Positions 30,094 through 42,380 are shown, numbered from the stretch's first letter. The stretch is 64,000 nucleotides of DNA from an uncultured Alphaproteobacteria bacterium (GCA_963715715.1 OY970269.1:1688797-1752796), one strand, 5' to 3'. The notes: generated by a model not told the origin, from the sequence alone. Translations and numbers: made by a program.

Positions 30094-30167
30094 GGGATTA
30101 AAACCTTGCCGTTCCGCCGGATTGGTCCGGCGAGCGTTTCGACACGCTGTTTTCAGTTGAGGGGTGG

Positions 30168-30196
30168 CCCTTACACGAGACCGGCGGATTTGTCGA
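30168..30196 (-). promoter_or_regulatory. Candidate sigma-70 promoter for rplS
   Basis: TCGACA-N17-TAAGGG on the minus strand about 75 nt upstream of the rplS start. Confidence 0.35.
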
Positions 30197-31019
30197 GACG
30201 ATGATCGCCCAGCCCCTCCACGGCCGCCCATATCCGCGCCAGATCCTGCGGCCGCGACAGCCTGTGATCGCCGTCCTTGATCAGCGTCAGGGTGACGGGA
30301 TCGCCGTGCATATGCTCGACCAGCGCGAGGGCGCAGCGCCAGGGGACGGTCTCGTCGCGCATGCCCTGCAGGATATGGACCGGGCAATGGCTGCGGATGG
30401 TCCCGCCGAACAAAAGGTGGCTGCGCCCTTCCTCGATGAATTCGCGGCTGATTGGATGCGGCTCCGTCTCATAAGGCGACGCGCGCATAAAGACGCCTTT
30501 GCGCGCAAGCTGCGTCCGCGCGGCGCGGCTCATCTTTTCGAAAATCAACTTTTCGGTCATATCGGCGGCCGGCGCGATCAGCAACAGTCCGGCGAGCCGG
30601 CCGCTCTCTCCGCTTTCAGCGAGGGCGCGCGCGGCGAGCAGCGCGAGCCAGCCGCCCATCGACGAGCCGACCAGAATCTGCGGCCCCTCGGTCAGCGCGC
30701 GGAAGGCGGCGAGGCTCTCCTCCAACCACATGCCAATCGTCGCGCGCGCAAAGAGCCCGCCGGATTCGCCATGTCCCGAATAGTCGAAGCGCAAACAGGC
30801 GCGGCCAGCCGCCGCCGCGGCGCGATCGAGAAAGGACGCCTTCTCGCCGCGCATGTTCGAGCGGAAGCCGCCGAGCCAAACAAGGCCGGCGCGATCGCAG
30901 GCCGCGCTGGCCGCGCGCCGCAAAAAGGCGATGCGCCGCGCGGCTGAGCCGACGCCGATGTCGAGAAAACCGGCCGCCGACGCGGCCGGAGGCTCGAATT
31001 GCAAGGCCTGCTCTTCCAC
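30171..31019 (-). CDS. Alpha/beta hydrolase
   Basis: [23 protein letters not shown] nucleophile elbow, GDHRLS. Confidence 0.88.
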   Translation of the reverse strand: MEEQALQFEPPAASAAGFLDIGVGSAARRIAFLRRAASAACDRAGLVWLGGFRSNMRGEKASFLDRAAAAAGRACLRFDYSGHGESGGLFARATIGMWLEESLAAFRALTEGPQILVGSSMGGWLALLAARALAESGESGRLAGLLLIAPAADMTEKLIFEKMSRAARTQLARKGVFMRASPYETEPHPISREFIEEGRSHLLFGGTIRSHCPVHILQGMRDETVPWRCALALVEHMHGDPVTLTLIKDGDHRLSRPQDLARIWAAVEGLGDHRLDKSAGLV

Positions 31020-31096
31020 CCCTTGACGCGCCCGTCTATGCTTGATTGCTGAAATCATTTCTCGAATTGGTCGAGTTCGCTTTGCAGCCGCCGTTC

Positions 31097-31164
31097 CCAG
31101 ATCCCGGTGATTTCGGATTGATTCAGTCCGAAATCATGAACGCGCGCGATTTCGGAAGGCTAGA
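31097..31164. repeat. Palindromic intergenic repeat, module A only (copy 2)
   Basis: 68-nt colinear match to 29518-29585, sharing AAATCATGAACG; hairpin GATTTCGGA.TGA/TCA.TCCGAAATC. Confidence 0.65.
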
Positions 31165-31230
31165 CTGCGATGCCGGCGGAAAAAAGGGCTCCGCGTTTCC
31201 GCCTCCCGCTCTCGAACGCAGCCGCGCCTG

Positions 31231-32458
31231 ATGCCGCCGGGCCCGGGCTCACCCTTCCGCGACAGGGCCGCGCATCCCCTCGCCGGCGTGACCGTGCTGC
31301 AGATCGTTCCCGACCTTGAGCCGGGCGGCGTCGCGCTCGCCGCGATCGGCACAGCCGCCGCCTTGAGCCGCGCCGGCGCCATCGCGCTGATCGCCAGCCG
31401 CGGCGGCCCGCTGGTCAGCGAACTGCAGGCGCGCGGCGGCCTTTTCACGCCCTTCCCGGCGCATGCGCGAAATCCGGTCAGCATGGCGATGAACATTCGC
31501 CGTCTCGCCCAGCTCATCAAAGCCGAGCGCGTCGACATCGTCCACGCCCGATCGCGCGCCCCGGCCTGGGTCGCCTTCGGCGCGACCCGCCTCACGAAAA
31601 CGCCGTTCGTCACCAGTTTCCGCGGCAGCTACGCACAGGGGGGGCCTCTGGCCCTTCGCTATAACTCGATCATGGCGCGCGGCGACGTCATCATCGCCGA
31701 TTTCGGCCTTTACCGCCGGCGAGATCGCGCGGCTCTTTCCGGCCGCGCGGGAAAAGATTCATATCGTGGTCGGCGGCGTCGATTGCCGTCTCTTCGCCCC
31801 GAAAGCCGTGGGGCCGGCCCGCGTTCAGGCCATCCGACGCCTTTGGGGCGCGGCGCAGGACGAGCGCGTCGTCTATTTCGTGCCGGCGGGTCGCGCCGCC
31901 CGCGCCAGCGCCATTCTGATCGAGGCCGTACAGCGCCTGGCCGAACAGCCCGACTCGGGCTCCGCCCTCGACGGAACGAAATTCGTCATCGCTTGCGAGG
32001 AAGCTGGCGGCGCAGGCGCGCGGGAAATTGAAGCCGCGATCACAAAAGCCGGCCTGCAACAACTCATGCGAACGTCCGCGACAAGTCCTGACCGACCGGC
32101 CGCGCTGCTCGCCGCCGCCGTCGTGGTCGCATTGCCGGCGGAGCCGCGGTCGCTCGCGGGACTCGCGCTTGAGGCCCAGGCGATGGGCGCGCCGGTGATC
32201 GTCGCCGAGGCTGGCGCCGCCTCCGAAACGGTGCTCGCGCCGCCCGACGTCGACGATTCCGCGCGTACGGGGTGGCGGACGGCGCCGGGCGCCGGGCCAT
32301 TCGCAGAGGCGCTGCGCGCGGCCCTGAGCCTTGGCGCGACTGCGCGCGACCGGCTTTCGCTTCGCGCGCGCGCGCATGTCGAGGCGGCCTTCTCGATCGA
32401 GCAGACGTGGACGCAGACTCTCGCTGCCTATACGGCGGCGCGCGCCGCTGCGCGTTAA
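31231..32458 (+). CDS. Glycosyltransferase family 4 (one apparent +1 indel near 31700)
   Basis: LQIVPDL..GGV, DIVHARSRAPAW, YNSIMARGD, LEAQAMGAPVIV; split across two frames. Confidence 0.82.
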
Positions 32459-32656
32459 TCGCCGATTTTACCAGTTTTGCAGAATATTTGGGCGCACGCA
32501 CCGATATCGGTTGCACTTGCAATACTTCAGGGCGACGCGCATTGACTTCGGCCGGCAATCAACCGATGTTTTAGCTGGGTCCGTGCCGGCGCGACCGTAT
32601 TTCGACGCGTTCGCGCAACGCCGGATCAGATCAATCACCATGAAGGAGATGAAGCC

Positions 32657-33198
32657 ATTCGCCGTCCAATGAAAGCCCCACCGGTCCCGCAGAAGGACGG
32701 GCCACGCATCAACCGCGATATCCGCGCCCGTGAAGTTCAGTTGATCGACGCAGAAGGCCAAAATCGAGGAGTCGTCGACGCGCTGGAAGCCCAGCAAATA
32801 GCCGATGACGCAGGCCTCGACCTCGTCGAGATCGTTCCCACCGCCAATCCGCCGGTTTGCAAAATCCTCGACTACGGGAAGTTCCGCTTCCTGGAGCAGA
32901 AGAAAGCCGCCGAGGCTCGCAAGAAGCAGAAGATCGTCGAGATCAAGGAGATCAAGCTTCGCCCCGGCATCGACGATCATGACTACGACACCAAAATGAA
33001 GGCCGTGCGCCGCTTTTTCGAGGAAGGCGACAAGGTCAAGGTGACGCTTGCGCTTCCGCGGCCGCGAAATGGCCCATCAGGATCTTGGCTTCCGGCTGCT
33101 CGAACGGGTCAAGATCGAGACGCGGCACGGTCGCCAAGGTCGAAGCCGAGCCCTCGATGGAGGGCCGCCAGATGGTGATGGTGCTCGCGCCCAAATAG
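32657..33198 (+). CDS. infC: Translation initiation factor IF-3 (probable AUU start; two apparent +1 indels)
   Basis: [53 protein letters not shown]; AAGGAGA lies 7 nt before ATT at 32657. Confidence 0.93.
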
Positions 33199-33380
33199 GC
33201 GCGACGGCCGTTGCGCCGGCGGTCCGGCGCGCGCGGAAGCTCGCGCCGCAAAACTTGAAAGCACAATGTTATTGGTAGCTTTCGGCGCTGCTTTCGTTCA
33301 GCGCGCGAACCTGAGCGTCCGTGGCCCGCGAAAACTCCGCGTGGACGCGGGTGGAATGCAGCCGCCGCTTTCCTCGTCAG

Positions 33381-33914
33381 CTAGCCGCCGTGATCGGCTG
33401 CGGAAGCCGGCGCCGGCGCAGCGAGATGGGCGAAGGTATTGACCACCTTTTCGTAGACTGGCCGCTTGAACGGAATGATCAGCTCCACAAGGTGGTCGAT
33501 CGGCGCCCAGCGCCAGGCGTCGAACTCCGGCTTCTGGCCGCCAGCCGGCGTATCGATGTTGATTTCATCGTCATCGCCGTCGAAACGGAGGGCGAACCAT
33601 TTCTGCCGCTGGCCGAGAAACCGGCCTTTCCAGGATTTCCGCGAGAACTCCTCCGGCAAATCATAACTGTGCCACTCCGGCGCCTCGGCCAGCAGGGAGA
33701 CCGAAAAGACGTTGGTCTCCTCGCGCAGCTCGCGAAGCGCGGCCCGGAACGGATCTTCGCCGGGATCGATGCCGCCCTGCGGCATCTGCCATTCATGGGC
33801 GAGGCGGGTCTGGTCGGCGGATTTCTTGCCGCGCCGGCGTCCGACGAAAACGAGGCCGTCGCGATTGATCAGCATGATGCCGACGCAGGGGCGGTAATTG
33901 CCGAATTGCGTCAC
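33381..33914 (-). CDS. rppH: RNA pyrophosphohydrolase (Nudix)
   Basis: [28 protein letters not shown] Nudix box, GQRQKWF, PFKRPVY. Confidence 0.93.
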   Translation of the reverse strand: MTQFGNYRPCVGIMLINRDGLVFVGRRRGKKSADQTRLAHEWQMPQGGIDPGEDPFRAALRELREETNVFSVSLLAEAPEWHSYDLPEEFSRKSWKGRFLGQRQKWFALRFDGDDDEINIDTPAGGQKPEFDAWRWAPIDHLVELIIPFKRPVYEKVVNTFAHLAAPAPASAADHGG

Positions 33915-34114
33915 GTGAAACCCTCCCCGCTCCTGAAGACCGAGGTGGCGTCAAGCTTGTCCCGCTTGCACTGCCGCCGGAACCTTCGCCAACGCAAAGC
34001 CCGCATCGATAATCAGACTGTCCCAAGCGTTTCCGTGACGGAATGGAGCGCGGCTTTCTCTTGCCGGAAAGCGGCGTCGCTCCATTCCTTATTCGATGTT
34101 TTGGCCGTCCGGCC

Positions 34115-35511
34115 TCAGTTCGGAACCTTCGCGGGCTGGTCGGGGTGATCCGCGGGGTGATCGGTCTGGGTCTGGTCGGCCTTGTCGGGCGTCGGCGCCG
34201 CGTCGGGCGCCTTCTGCGACGTCCGCGTCACGCCGCGCAGAATATCCTCGGCGGCCGCCAGCTGCTTGTCATCCTTTTCGTTGGGCGGCACATAGGCCTG
34301 CGACCCGCCTTTTTCGTCATCGCCGTTCTTCAGATGACCCTTCAGCGAGGCCTCGCCCTTGGTGTCGTCCTTGCCCTTCAGATCGTCGGGAACGTCCTGT
34401 AGCACGACGACGTCTGGTTCGATGCCCTTGGCCTGGATCGAGCGCCCCGACGGCGTGTAATAGCGCGCCGTGGTGAGGCGCACGCGCGCCATTGTTCTGG
34501 CCGAGCGGGATGATGGTCTGCACCGATCCCTTGCCGAAAGAGCGGGTGCCCAGGATCGTCGCGCGCTTGTGGTCCTGCAGCGCGCCGGCGACGATCTCGG
34601 AGGCCGACGCCGAGCCGCCGTTGATGAGGACGACGAGCGGCTTGCCTTTCGAGATGTCGCCGGGATGCGCGTTGTAGCGCATCGATTTCATCGGCGTTGC
34701 GCCCACGCGTCGAAACGATCTCGCCACGGTCGATGAAGGCGTTGGACACGGCGATCGATTGGTCGAGAAGCCCACCCGGATTATTGCGCAGATCAAGGAT
34801 ATAGCCCTTGAACTTGTCGCCCGCGATATCGGTCTGGAACTTCTTGATCGCGTCGACGACGCCATCGCCGGTCTGTTCATTGAACTGGGTGATGCGGATA
34901 TAGCCGATGTCGTCGCCTTCCTGATGGGCGCGCACCGACTTGATCTGGATCACGGCGCGGGTCAGCTTGATGTCCTGCCCGTCCTTGTTGGCGCCGCGCA
35001 TAATTTTCAGCGTCACTGTCGTGTTCGGCGCGCCGCGCATCTTGTCGACGGCCTGGTTCAGCGTCAGGCCCTGCACGCTCTCGCCATCGATCGCCGAGAT
35101 GATGTCGCCTGACAGAATCCCGCCGCGCGAAGCCGGCGTATCGTCGATCGGGGTCACCACCTTGATCAGCCCGTCTTCCTGCGTCACCTCGATGCCGAGG
35201 CCGCCGAACTCGCCGCGCGTCTGCACCTGCATGTCCTGGAAGCTCTTGGCGTCCATATAGCTCGAATGCGGGTCGAGCGAGGTCAGCATGCCGTTGATCG
35301 CCGCCTCGACCAGCTTCTGCTCATCGGGCTTTTCGACATAATCGGAGCGAATTTTTTCGAAGACGTCGCCGAACAGATTGAGGTCGCGATAGGTATCGGA
35401 CGCGGCGGCGCGCGCCATGCCGTCGGACAGCAGCCGCGTCTGCGTGCCGACCGTAACAATCGAGGCGCCGAGAACGGCGCCAAGCAGGACCAGAGAAACC
35501 TTCCGCATCAT
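34115..35511 (-). CDS. ctpA: S41 carboxyl-terminal processing protease (two apparent +1 indels)
   Basis: [18 protein letters not shown] motif, [42 protein letters not shown]. Confidence 0.9.
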
Positions 35512-36884
35512 CCGCGAACCTTTTGCAATTCCGGTTTCGCCCACCATGGGCCCGGATCAATCGCCGCCCCGTCTTTTCGAAATTCGATGTAAAGAATGGG
35601 CTGCGCCGCCCCGATGGCGATGGCGGCAGCCGTCTTCGCAGACCTTTCGCCCATTACGGCGACCGGCTCCCCAGCCAGAATGAATTGACCTACGTTTACG
35701 TTGATCCGATCCATTCCCGCAAGGACAATATAATAGCCCTGTCCCGCGTTGATGATCAAGAGTTGTCCATAGCTGCGATAAGGGCCGGCGAAGGCGGCCC
35801 AGCCGTCGCAGGGCGAGACGACGAGCGCGTCCGGCCGGGTCGCGACCAGCATGCCTTTCTCGGTTCCGCCGAACCCGTCGGGCGCGCCAAAGCCGCGCTG
35901 AAGCTCGCCCGCGGCCGGCATCGGCAGCAGGCCCCTTGTATCGGCGAAAGCGCTCGCCGGCGCGAGGCGGGCCGGATCCTTGAACGGCGCCATGGCGATC
36001 TTGCGCTGCGCTTCGGGTGCCGCCGCCGCGGCCGCCTTTTGCGCCTCGTCGGCCTTGCGCGCCGCCTCCGCCGCGCGCGCCGCGGCGGCCAACTCGGTCT
36101 CCATCCGGGCGATGAGGTCCTTAAGACTCGCCGCCTGGCGGGCGAGTTCGGCGCCGCGGTCGCGCTCGGCGCTTAGCGCCTGTTCCGCCGCGCTGAGCGC
36201 CGACTGGCGGGCGTCGATCAGCGCCGCGAGCCGCTGCCGGTCGAGACCGAGCCGCGCGACGTCGCCCGCGAGCGAATCGCGCTCGGCCGCGATCGAGCGG
36301 CGCAACGCCAGAAGGTCGGAAAGGTCAGAGGCGAGCGCCTCGGTGTCCGCGCGCATCTCCGGCAGCACCGCGCCAAGCATCATCGAGGTGCGGATGGCGG
36401 CCAGCATATCCTCCGGCGCGACGAGCAGGGCCGGCGGCGGCTTGCGGCCCATTCGCTGCAGCGCGGCGAGGATCTCGGCGATCGCCGCGCGGCGGCCGTC
36501 GAGCGAATGCCGGATCGCCTCCTCGCTTCCCGTCAGCTCGTCGAGCCGGGCCTCGGCCTCGGCGATCTTTTGCTGGCGTCCATCGATCGTTTTGGCGAGA
36601 TCGACCAAAGCCGCTTCGAGCTTCGCCCGGTCGGCGCTGATGGCGGCGACCTCGGCCTCCATCTTGGCGCGCTGCTCCTGCGAGGCCTGCAGCGTATTCT
36701 CCATGCCGCGCAGTTCGAGCCGGCGTCCGCTGAGCGCGTCGCCGGCGTCCACGGGCTTTGGCGCCGGCGGTTGCGCCGGAGATCCTTGCGGGGACGCCTG
36801 CGGCGAGCCTTGCGCGACGTCTTGGGCCGGACACGACAATGCCAAGGAGAATGCGAAGGCGAGCGTAAGCGGGACGACTTTCAT
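35508..36884 (-). CDS. envC: Murein hydrolase activator EnvC (coiled coil plus degenerate M23 domain)
   Basis: Long coiled coil, YGQLLIINAG, LYIEFRKDG.AIDP; canonical position upstream of ctpA. Confidence 0.85.
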   Translation of the reverse strand: MKVVPLTLAFAFSLALSCPAQDVAQGSPQASPQGSPAQPPAPKPVDAGDALSGRRLELRGMENTLQASQEQRAKMEAEVAAISADRAKLEAALVDLAKTIDGRQQKIAEAEARLDELTGSEEAIRHSLDGRRAAIAEILAALQRMGRKPPPALLVAPEDMLAAIRTSMMLGAVLPEMRADTEALASDLSDLLALRRSIAAERDSLAGDVARLGLDRQRLAALIDARQSALSAAEQALSAERDRGAELARQAASLKDLIARMETELAAAARAAEAARKADEAQKAAAAAAPEAQRKIAMAPFKDPARLAPASAFADTRGLLPMPAAGELQRGFGAPDGFGGTEKGMLVATRPDALVVSPCDGWAAFAGPYRSYGQLLIINAGQGYYIVLAGMDRINVNVGQFILAGEPVAVMGERSAKTAAAIAIGAAQPILYIEFRKDGAAIDPGPWWAKPELQKVRG

Positions 36885-37214
36885 TGCGTCCTTCCTTCGC
36901 CGCGCAGGCCGCATGTCGAGTCGCATTCGCATCCGGGCGCCACAATTGTCGCCGAACATGGCCGGAGCGCGGCGAAACGATCGACTCATCCAGGGCACCA
37001 TCGCGCTTGCGCAAAGCGCGGCCAAGATAGAAACGAGCTAAATGCTGTCTCTCGATCCGCGCATCACCGCCCTCGTATTGATCGATCTGCGGCTACGGCG
37101 GCGCGGCGTATCGGCGGACCTGCACGCCATGGCGATCCAATATATCCTCCTACGCATCGCGCGGGTGGTTCAAAGCGCACACCTCATCCTCGAAGCAAAG
37201 GGTCGAGGCGCGCG

Positions 37215-38315
37215 ATGAGCGACTCCCCGGCCAAGCCCTTGCCGTCGTTGCAAGGCGCGCGAACCAGCGTCCGGTGGGCCGTCCTCATCATTCTTTCGGC
37301 GCCCTTTATCATTGCGCTGGAGATGCTTCGGCTGCCGGCTGCCCTTTTGCTCGGACCGATGGCGGCGGCGATCCTCGTCGCCCTGGCCGACGGATCGGTC
37401 AGCGTGCCGAGACCCTTGTTCATTTTCGCCCAGGCGCTCGTCGGCTGCATGATCGCGCGCAGCCTGACGCCCTCGATGTTCAGCGAGATGGCCAAGGATT
37501 GGCCGCTTTTCGCCGCCGGCGTCTTTTCCGTTGTCGCAGCGAGCAGCGGGCTTGGCTGGCTGCTCGCGCGCTTCGAGGCGCTTCCCGGAACCGCGGCGAT
37601 ATGGGGCTCCGCGCCGGGCGGCGCCACGGCAATGGCGCTGGTCGCCGAGGCCCATGGCGCCGATATCCGGCTCGTCGCCTTCATGCAATATTTGCGCGTC
37701 GTGCTCGTCGCCATCATCGCCTCCGTCATCGCGCGGAACTGGACCAGCAGCGCGCATGCGACCCCCGGCATTACATAGCTGCCGCCGGTCCATTGGCTTC
37801 CATTCGCCGAATCTGTGGGTCTCGCGACGCTCGGCGCCCTCGCCGCGCAATTCGTCAGAATTCCAGGCGGCGCCCTCTCGATTCCGCTCGCCGTCGCGGC
37901 GCTTCTGCAGGGCTTCGCCGTCATCAAAATCGAACTGCCGCCCGTGCTGCTTGCGGTCACCTACGCTGTCATCGGCTGGAGCATCGGCCTTCGCTTTACG
38001 CGCAATGCCCCCATCTACGCCGCGCGGGCGCTGCCATGGGTCGTCGGCTCGATTTTACTGCTGATCGCGATCTGCGGCCTGTTCGCCGCGCTTTTGACCT
38101 ACGCCGCCAGGGTCGATCCGCTCACCGCCTATCTGGCGACGAGCCCCGGCGGCGCCGATTCGGTCGCGATCATCGCGGCATCGGGCAATGTCGACGTCGG
38201 CTTCGTCATGGCGATGCAAATTTCGCGCGCCTTGTTCGTTATATTCGCCGGCCCAAGCATCGCGCGCTTCGTGGCCGCACGGAGCAAGCCGCGCCAGATG
38301 GATCGACTGCCCTAA
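37215..38315 (+). pseudogene. abrB: AbrB (YbgN-like) duplicated membrane protein interrupted by in-frame TAG at 37776-37778
   Basis: LLGPM, SAPGGATAM, VAFMQYLRV, ATSPGGAD motifs; both halves in the same frame. Confidence 0.7.
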
Positions 38316-38348
38316 GCGTCTGGCGCCCGGCGGCTCGCTGGCGCGCCG

Positions 38349-39701
38349 TCAGGCCGCCCGCGCGAAACTGGCGACGGCGTCGCAGACTTCATCGACGATG
38401 CGCTCGACGAGGTCGAGATTGTCGCCCTCGCCCATCACGCGGATCACAGGCTCGGTGCCGGACGCCCGAATGACGAGCCGCCCCGCATTGCCGAGCCTTT
38501 TCCGTCCGGCTTCGATCGCATGGACCACGGCGGCGTCCTCCAGCGGCTTGCCGCCAGCGCCGATCTTGACGCTTTTCAGAACCTGCGGCGAGGGTTCGAA
38601 GCGATGGCAGACCTGGCTCACCGGCTTGCCCTGACGCCTGACCACAGCCAGCAACTGCAGCGCCGCGACAAGGCCGTCGCCGGTCGTGCAATAATCCGAC
38701 AAAATGACATGGCCGGACTGCTCGCCGCCGAGATTATAGCCGTGCTGGCGCATATGTTCGAGCACGTAGCGGTCGCCGACCGCCGTCCGCGCCAGATGCA
38801 GGCCGATCCCCTCGAGATAGCGTTCAAGGCCGAGATTCGACATGACGGTGGCGACGACGCCCGGCTGCGACAGGCGGCCGTCCTCCTTCCAGCTCTGCGC
38901 GATCACCGCCATCAGCTGGTCGCCGTCGACTGGCTTGCCCATTTCGTCGATGATCAGCACGCGGTCGGCGTCGCCGTCGAGTGCGATGCCGACGTCGGCG
39001 CGCACTTCGCGCACCTTGCGGATCAGCGCTTGCGGCGCGGTCGAGCCGACGCCGCGATTAATATTGAAGCCATCGGGCTCAACGCCGATCGAGAAAACCT
39101 CGGCGCCAAGCTCCCACAGCGCTTCGGGGGCGACCCTGTAGGCCGCGCCATTGGCGCAATCGACGACGATGCGCAATCCCTCCAGCGAGAGATGGCGCGC
39201 GAGGGTGCGTTTGGCGAATTCGATATAGCGGGCGCGATCGCCCTCGACGCGCATGGCGCGGCCAAGGTCGGCGGGCTTCGACAGTTTCAGCGCGAAATCG
39301 CGGTCGAGCATCGCCTCGATATTGGCTTCGGCCTCGTCCGACAGCTTGAAGCCGTCGGGGCCGAACAGTTTTATTCCATTGTCCTCGAATGAATTGTGCG
39401 AGGCCGAAATCATCACGCCGACGTCGGCCCGCATCGAAGGCGTGAGCATGGCGACGGCCGGCGTCGGCATCGGTCCAAGCAGCAGCGTGTCCATGCCGAC
39501 CGAAGCGAAGCCGGCGACCATGGCGTATTCGATCATATAGCTCGAAAGCCGCGTATCCTTGCCAATCACCGCGCGATGGCGATGGTCGCCGCGCTGAAAC
39601 AGGACGCCTGTCGCCTGCGCGACCTTCATCGCCAGCTCTGGCGTGATGACCGAATTGGCCTCGCCTCTGATCCCGTCCGTGCCGAAATGCTTTCGCGCCA
39701 T
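38349..39701 (-). CDS. glmM: Phosphoglucosamine mutase
   Basis: [41 protein letters not shown]. Confidence 0.97.
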   Translation of the reverse strand: MARKHFGTDGIRGEANSVITPELAMKVAQATGVLFQRGDHRHRAVIGKDTRLSSYMIEYAMVAGFASVGMDTLLLGPMPTPAVAMLTPSMRADVGVMISASHNSFEDNGIKLFGPDGFKLSDEAEANIEAMLDRDFALKLSKPADLGRAMRVEGDRARYIEFAKRTLARHLSLEGLRIVVDCANGAAYRVAPEALWELGAEVFSIGVEPDGFNINRGVGSTAPQALIRKVREVRADVGIALDGDADRVLIIDEMGKPVDGDQLMAVIAQSWKEDGRLSQPGVVATVMSNLGLERYLEGIGLHLARTAVGDRYVLEHMRQHGYNLGGEQSGHVILSDYCTTGDGLVAALQLLAVVRRQGKPVSQVCHRFEPSPQVLKSVKIGAGGKPLEDAAVVHAIEAGRKRLGNAGRLVIRASGTEPVIRVMGEGDNLDLVERIVDEVCDAVASFARAA

Positions 39702-40003
39702 TTGCACCTGTCCCCGCGCCGGTCGGCGGCGGCCGCCGCCAGCATTGCTCAAAGCCCCGCGTCGCCGTCCTTCGCAAGGCCGGGTCGCGATCGTCAGATT
39801 TTCGCTCGCGGCCTCTATCTAACTTGTAATTTGCCGCCGGTTTGCTTTTACACGAAAATGTCTTGATTAAAGATAACAAAAGCATGCTTGCGCGAGGCGC
39901 CCGGACGGGGCGCCGATCTCGATAGCGCCTTCGAGAGATCATCGGATTACATTCGAGAATATTCGATTACCCCGGACCGCGCCAATTTTACAGGGACTGC
40001 TCA

Positions 40004-41214
40004 ATGAGGTTTTTTGCGAGATTTCGCCGCGCCTGCGCCGTCGCCGCCATCGGCGCCACTTTCGGCGCTTCTCTTGGCGGCGTCGGTTTTGCCGCCCTCC
40101 GCCCCGGCGCGGCGCCGGCGCGCGCCGAGGCCGCGACGGCCGACGGGCGCTTCACTTTGGCGCAAAATTACGGCGCGCCTCCGGCCGACGTCGGTCCGCC
40201 AGGCGATGAAGGTTACGGCCAGGCGGCGCCCGATTCCTCGTCGCTGCTGGTGCGGATCGACCGGCTCGAGGCGCAAATGCGCCAGCTGAACGGCGAGATC
40301 GAGCAGTTGCAGTTCGAAAACCACAAACTCGAGGATCAGCTAAAAAAATTCCAGGACGATGTCGATTTTCGCTTCCAGGATAGCGGCCGCGGCGGCGCGC
40401 CGGCGCGCGCCCCTCGACCGCCAAGCCGCAAAAGCGCGGCGATGCGATCGACAGCCTCGCCGCTCCCGACGATCAGGCCGCCGCGGCGGCGCCTGACAAT
40501 GCGGTCGACAGCGCGGCGCCGGCGGCCTTGGCCCCAGCGCGTCCGGGCAGGCGCGCCGACGCCTTCGATCCGGCCAGCGATCCAAATGCCCCCGGTGCGC
40601 CGCGTCCGCTTGGCAGCCCCGATTCGGCGGCCCCTCCGCCGGTGAAAAATCGCGCCGACGCCAGCGGTCCCGACGCCCCGCTCGATCTCGCCGGCTCGAA
40701 ATGGCGCGCCGCGCAGGACGGCGACGCGAGCCCACAGGGCGGCGCCGCCACGGCGCCGGCGACGCCGGGCAATTCCACCATCGCCGCGCTGACCACGCCG
40801 AACGCAGCCGCCGCCGGCGGCGCGCCGGTCAATCCGGTCAAGGAGGAATTCGACGTCGCCTACGGCTATTATCGGCAAAAGGAGTATGAAACCGCCGAAA
40901 AGAGCTTTGCGGCCTTCATCCAGGAGAACCCGAAAAGCAAGCTGGCGGCGGACGCGACCTTTTACCTCGGCGAGAGCTTTTACCAGCGCAACCGGCCGCG
41001 CGAAGCCGCCGAGCAATATCTGAAAATTTCAACGCAATATGCGACCTCGCCGCGCGCGCCGGACGCCATGCTGCGGCTCGGCCAGTCGCTCAACGCGCTC
41101 GGCGCCAAGGAGCAGTCCTGCGCCACCTTCGCCGAAATCTCGCGCAAATATCCGAACGCGGCGGCCGGCGTAAAAGCGGAAGCGGACAGGGAGGCGAAAC
41201 GCGCGCAATGCTGA
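40004..41214 (+). CDS. cpoB: Tol-Pal system protein CpoB/YbgF (one apparent indel near 40420)
   Basis: Signal peptide, coiled coil RIDRLEAQMRQLNGEIE, C-terminal TPRs (FYLGES, APDAMLRLG, SCATF). Confidence 0.87.
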
Positions 41215-42380
41215 GCGCAGCGGAGGCGATGCTGAGCGGAGCGGAGGAAGGACCGGTCCGGGCCAAGCGCGGGCCGCGCGTTCAAAGCCCCCCCGAGCCG
41301 CCGCGGCGCGAGGAGGCTGCGTCAGCGATCGCGAGCGCTTTTCCGCCCGCCCGGATCGCGCAGCTGTTCGAGCCCTTCGCAGGCGCACAAAAAATCCTGC
41401 TCGCCGTCTCGGGCGGCCCCGACTTCGTCGCCCTGATGCTGCTCGCTTCAGACTGGGCGCAAATGGGTGCCCGCGCGCCGGCTCTCCACGTCGCGACCGT
41501 CGATCATGGCCTTCGTCCTGAAGCGCGCGCCGAGGCCAACGAGGTCGCCGAATGGGCGCGAAACCTCGGGCTTTCGCACGATGTGCTGGTCTGGACCGGC
41601 GAAAAGCCGAAAACGCGAATTCAGGAGGTTGCGCGGCAAGCGCGCTATGACCTCCTCTTCGCGCACGCCGCCCGCATCGGCGCGGATGTCGTCGCGACCG
41701 CCCATCACGCAGACGATCAGGCCGAAACGATCCTGTTCCGTCTTCTGCGCGGCAGCGGCCCCGGCGGCCTCGCCGGCATGGCGGCGTCGCGCCAGCGCCA
41801 GGGCCTCACCCATGCGCGCCCTTTGCTGCAATGCAGCAAAGCCGAGCTGGTCGCTTTCTGCGAGGCGAGAGGCCATGGCTTTTTCGATGATCCCTCCAAT
41901 CGCGATCCGGCCTATGCCCGCACCACAATGCGGGCGCTCGGCGCTCTGCTTGCGAAGGAGGGGCTGGACCGCGCCGCGCTGGTCCGGCTTGGGCGGCGCG
42001 CCGCGCGCGCGGAATTGGCGCTGGCGGCCCGCGCGGCGGCCGTCGCCGAAGCTCTCGCGCCCGAGCGCGAGCCGGGCCTTTACCGCGCCGATTTTTCCGC
42101 CCTTTCCGGGGAGCCGGACGAAATCTTTCTGCGCGTACTCGCCGGCGCCATCATCCCGCTGGTCGATCCCTCTCCCGATCCAGTGCGGCCGCTGCGGCTC
42201 GAGCGGCTCGAGGCGCTCGCGCTCGCGATGCAGGGAGCGCTGCGTGCGGGCGCGCCCTATAGCGGCACGCTCGGCGGCGCCGCGCTCAAGCTCGGCCGCG
42301 ATCATGTGTTGACCATTCGAGCCGAAAAGCCACGCCGCCGCGGCGCCGCGGCGCGGTCGGAAAAGCGCCGCGACAGCTAG
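41208..42380 (+). CDS. tilS: tRNA(Ile)-lysidine synthetase
   Basis: LAVSGGPD, TVDHGLR, ARQARY, TAHHADDQAET, RPLL, DPSN. Confidence 0.93.
   Translation: MLSAAEAMLSGAEEGPVRAKRGPRVQSPPEPPRREEAASAIASAFPPARIAQLFEPFAGAQKILLAVSGGPDFVALMLLASDWAQMGARAPALHVATVDHGLRPEARAEANEVAEWARNLGLSHDVLVWTGEKPKTRIQEVARQARYDLLFAHAARIGADVVATAHHADDQAETILFRLLRGSGPGGLAGMAASRQRQGLTHARPLLQCSKAELVAFCEARGHGFFDDPSNRDPAYARTTMRALGALLAKEGLDRAALVRLGRRAARAELALAARAAAVAEALAPEREPGLYRADFSALSGEPDEIFLRVLAGAIIPLVDPSPDPVRPLRLERLEALALAMQGALRAGAPYSGTLGGAALKLGRDHVLTIRAEKPRRRGAAARSEKRRDS

Noticed and set aside
32990-33198. Programmed ribosomal frameshifting in infC, ftsH or purF
   Set aside because: No slippery heptamers at the sites, several shifts per gene, and the same +1 pattern across unrelated genes; sequencing error is more parsimonious.
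37776-37778. Pyrrolysine or other amber recoding, or an ammonia-monooxygenase role for the AbrB-family gene
   Set aside because: No pyl genes in the window and the position is a Trp site; the AMO label attached to this family is a known misannotation.
41405-41430. TilS PP-loop reads SGGPDF instead of SGGxDS
   Set aside because: A single substitution in an essential gene in error-prone sequence; not interpretable without reads.
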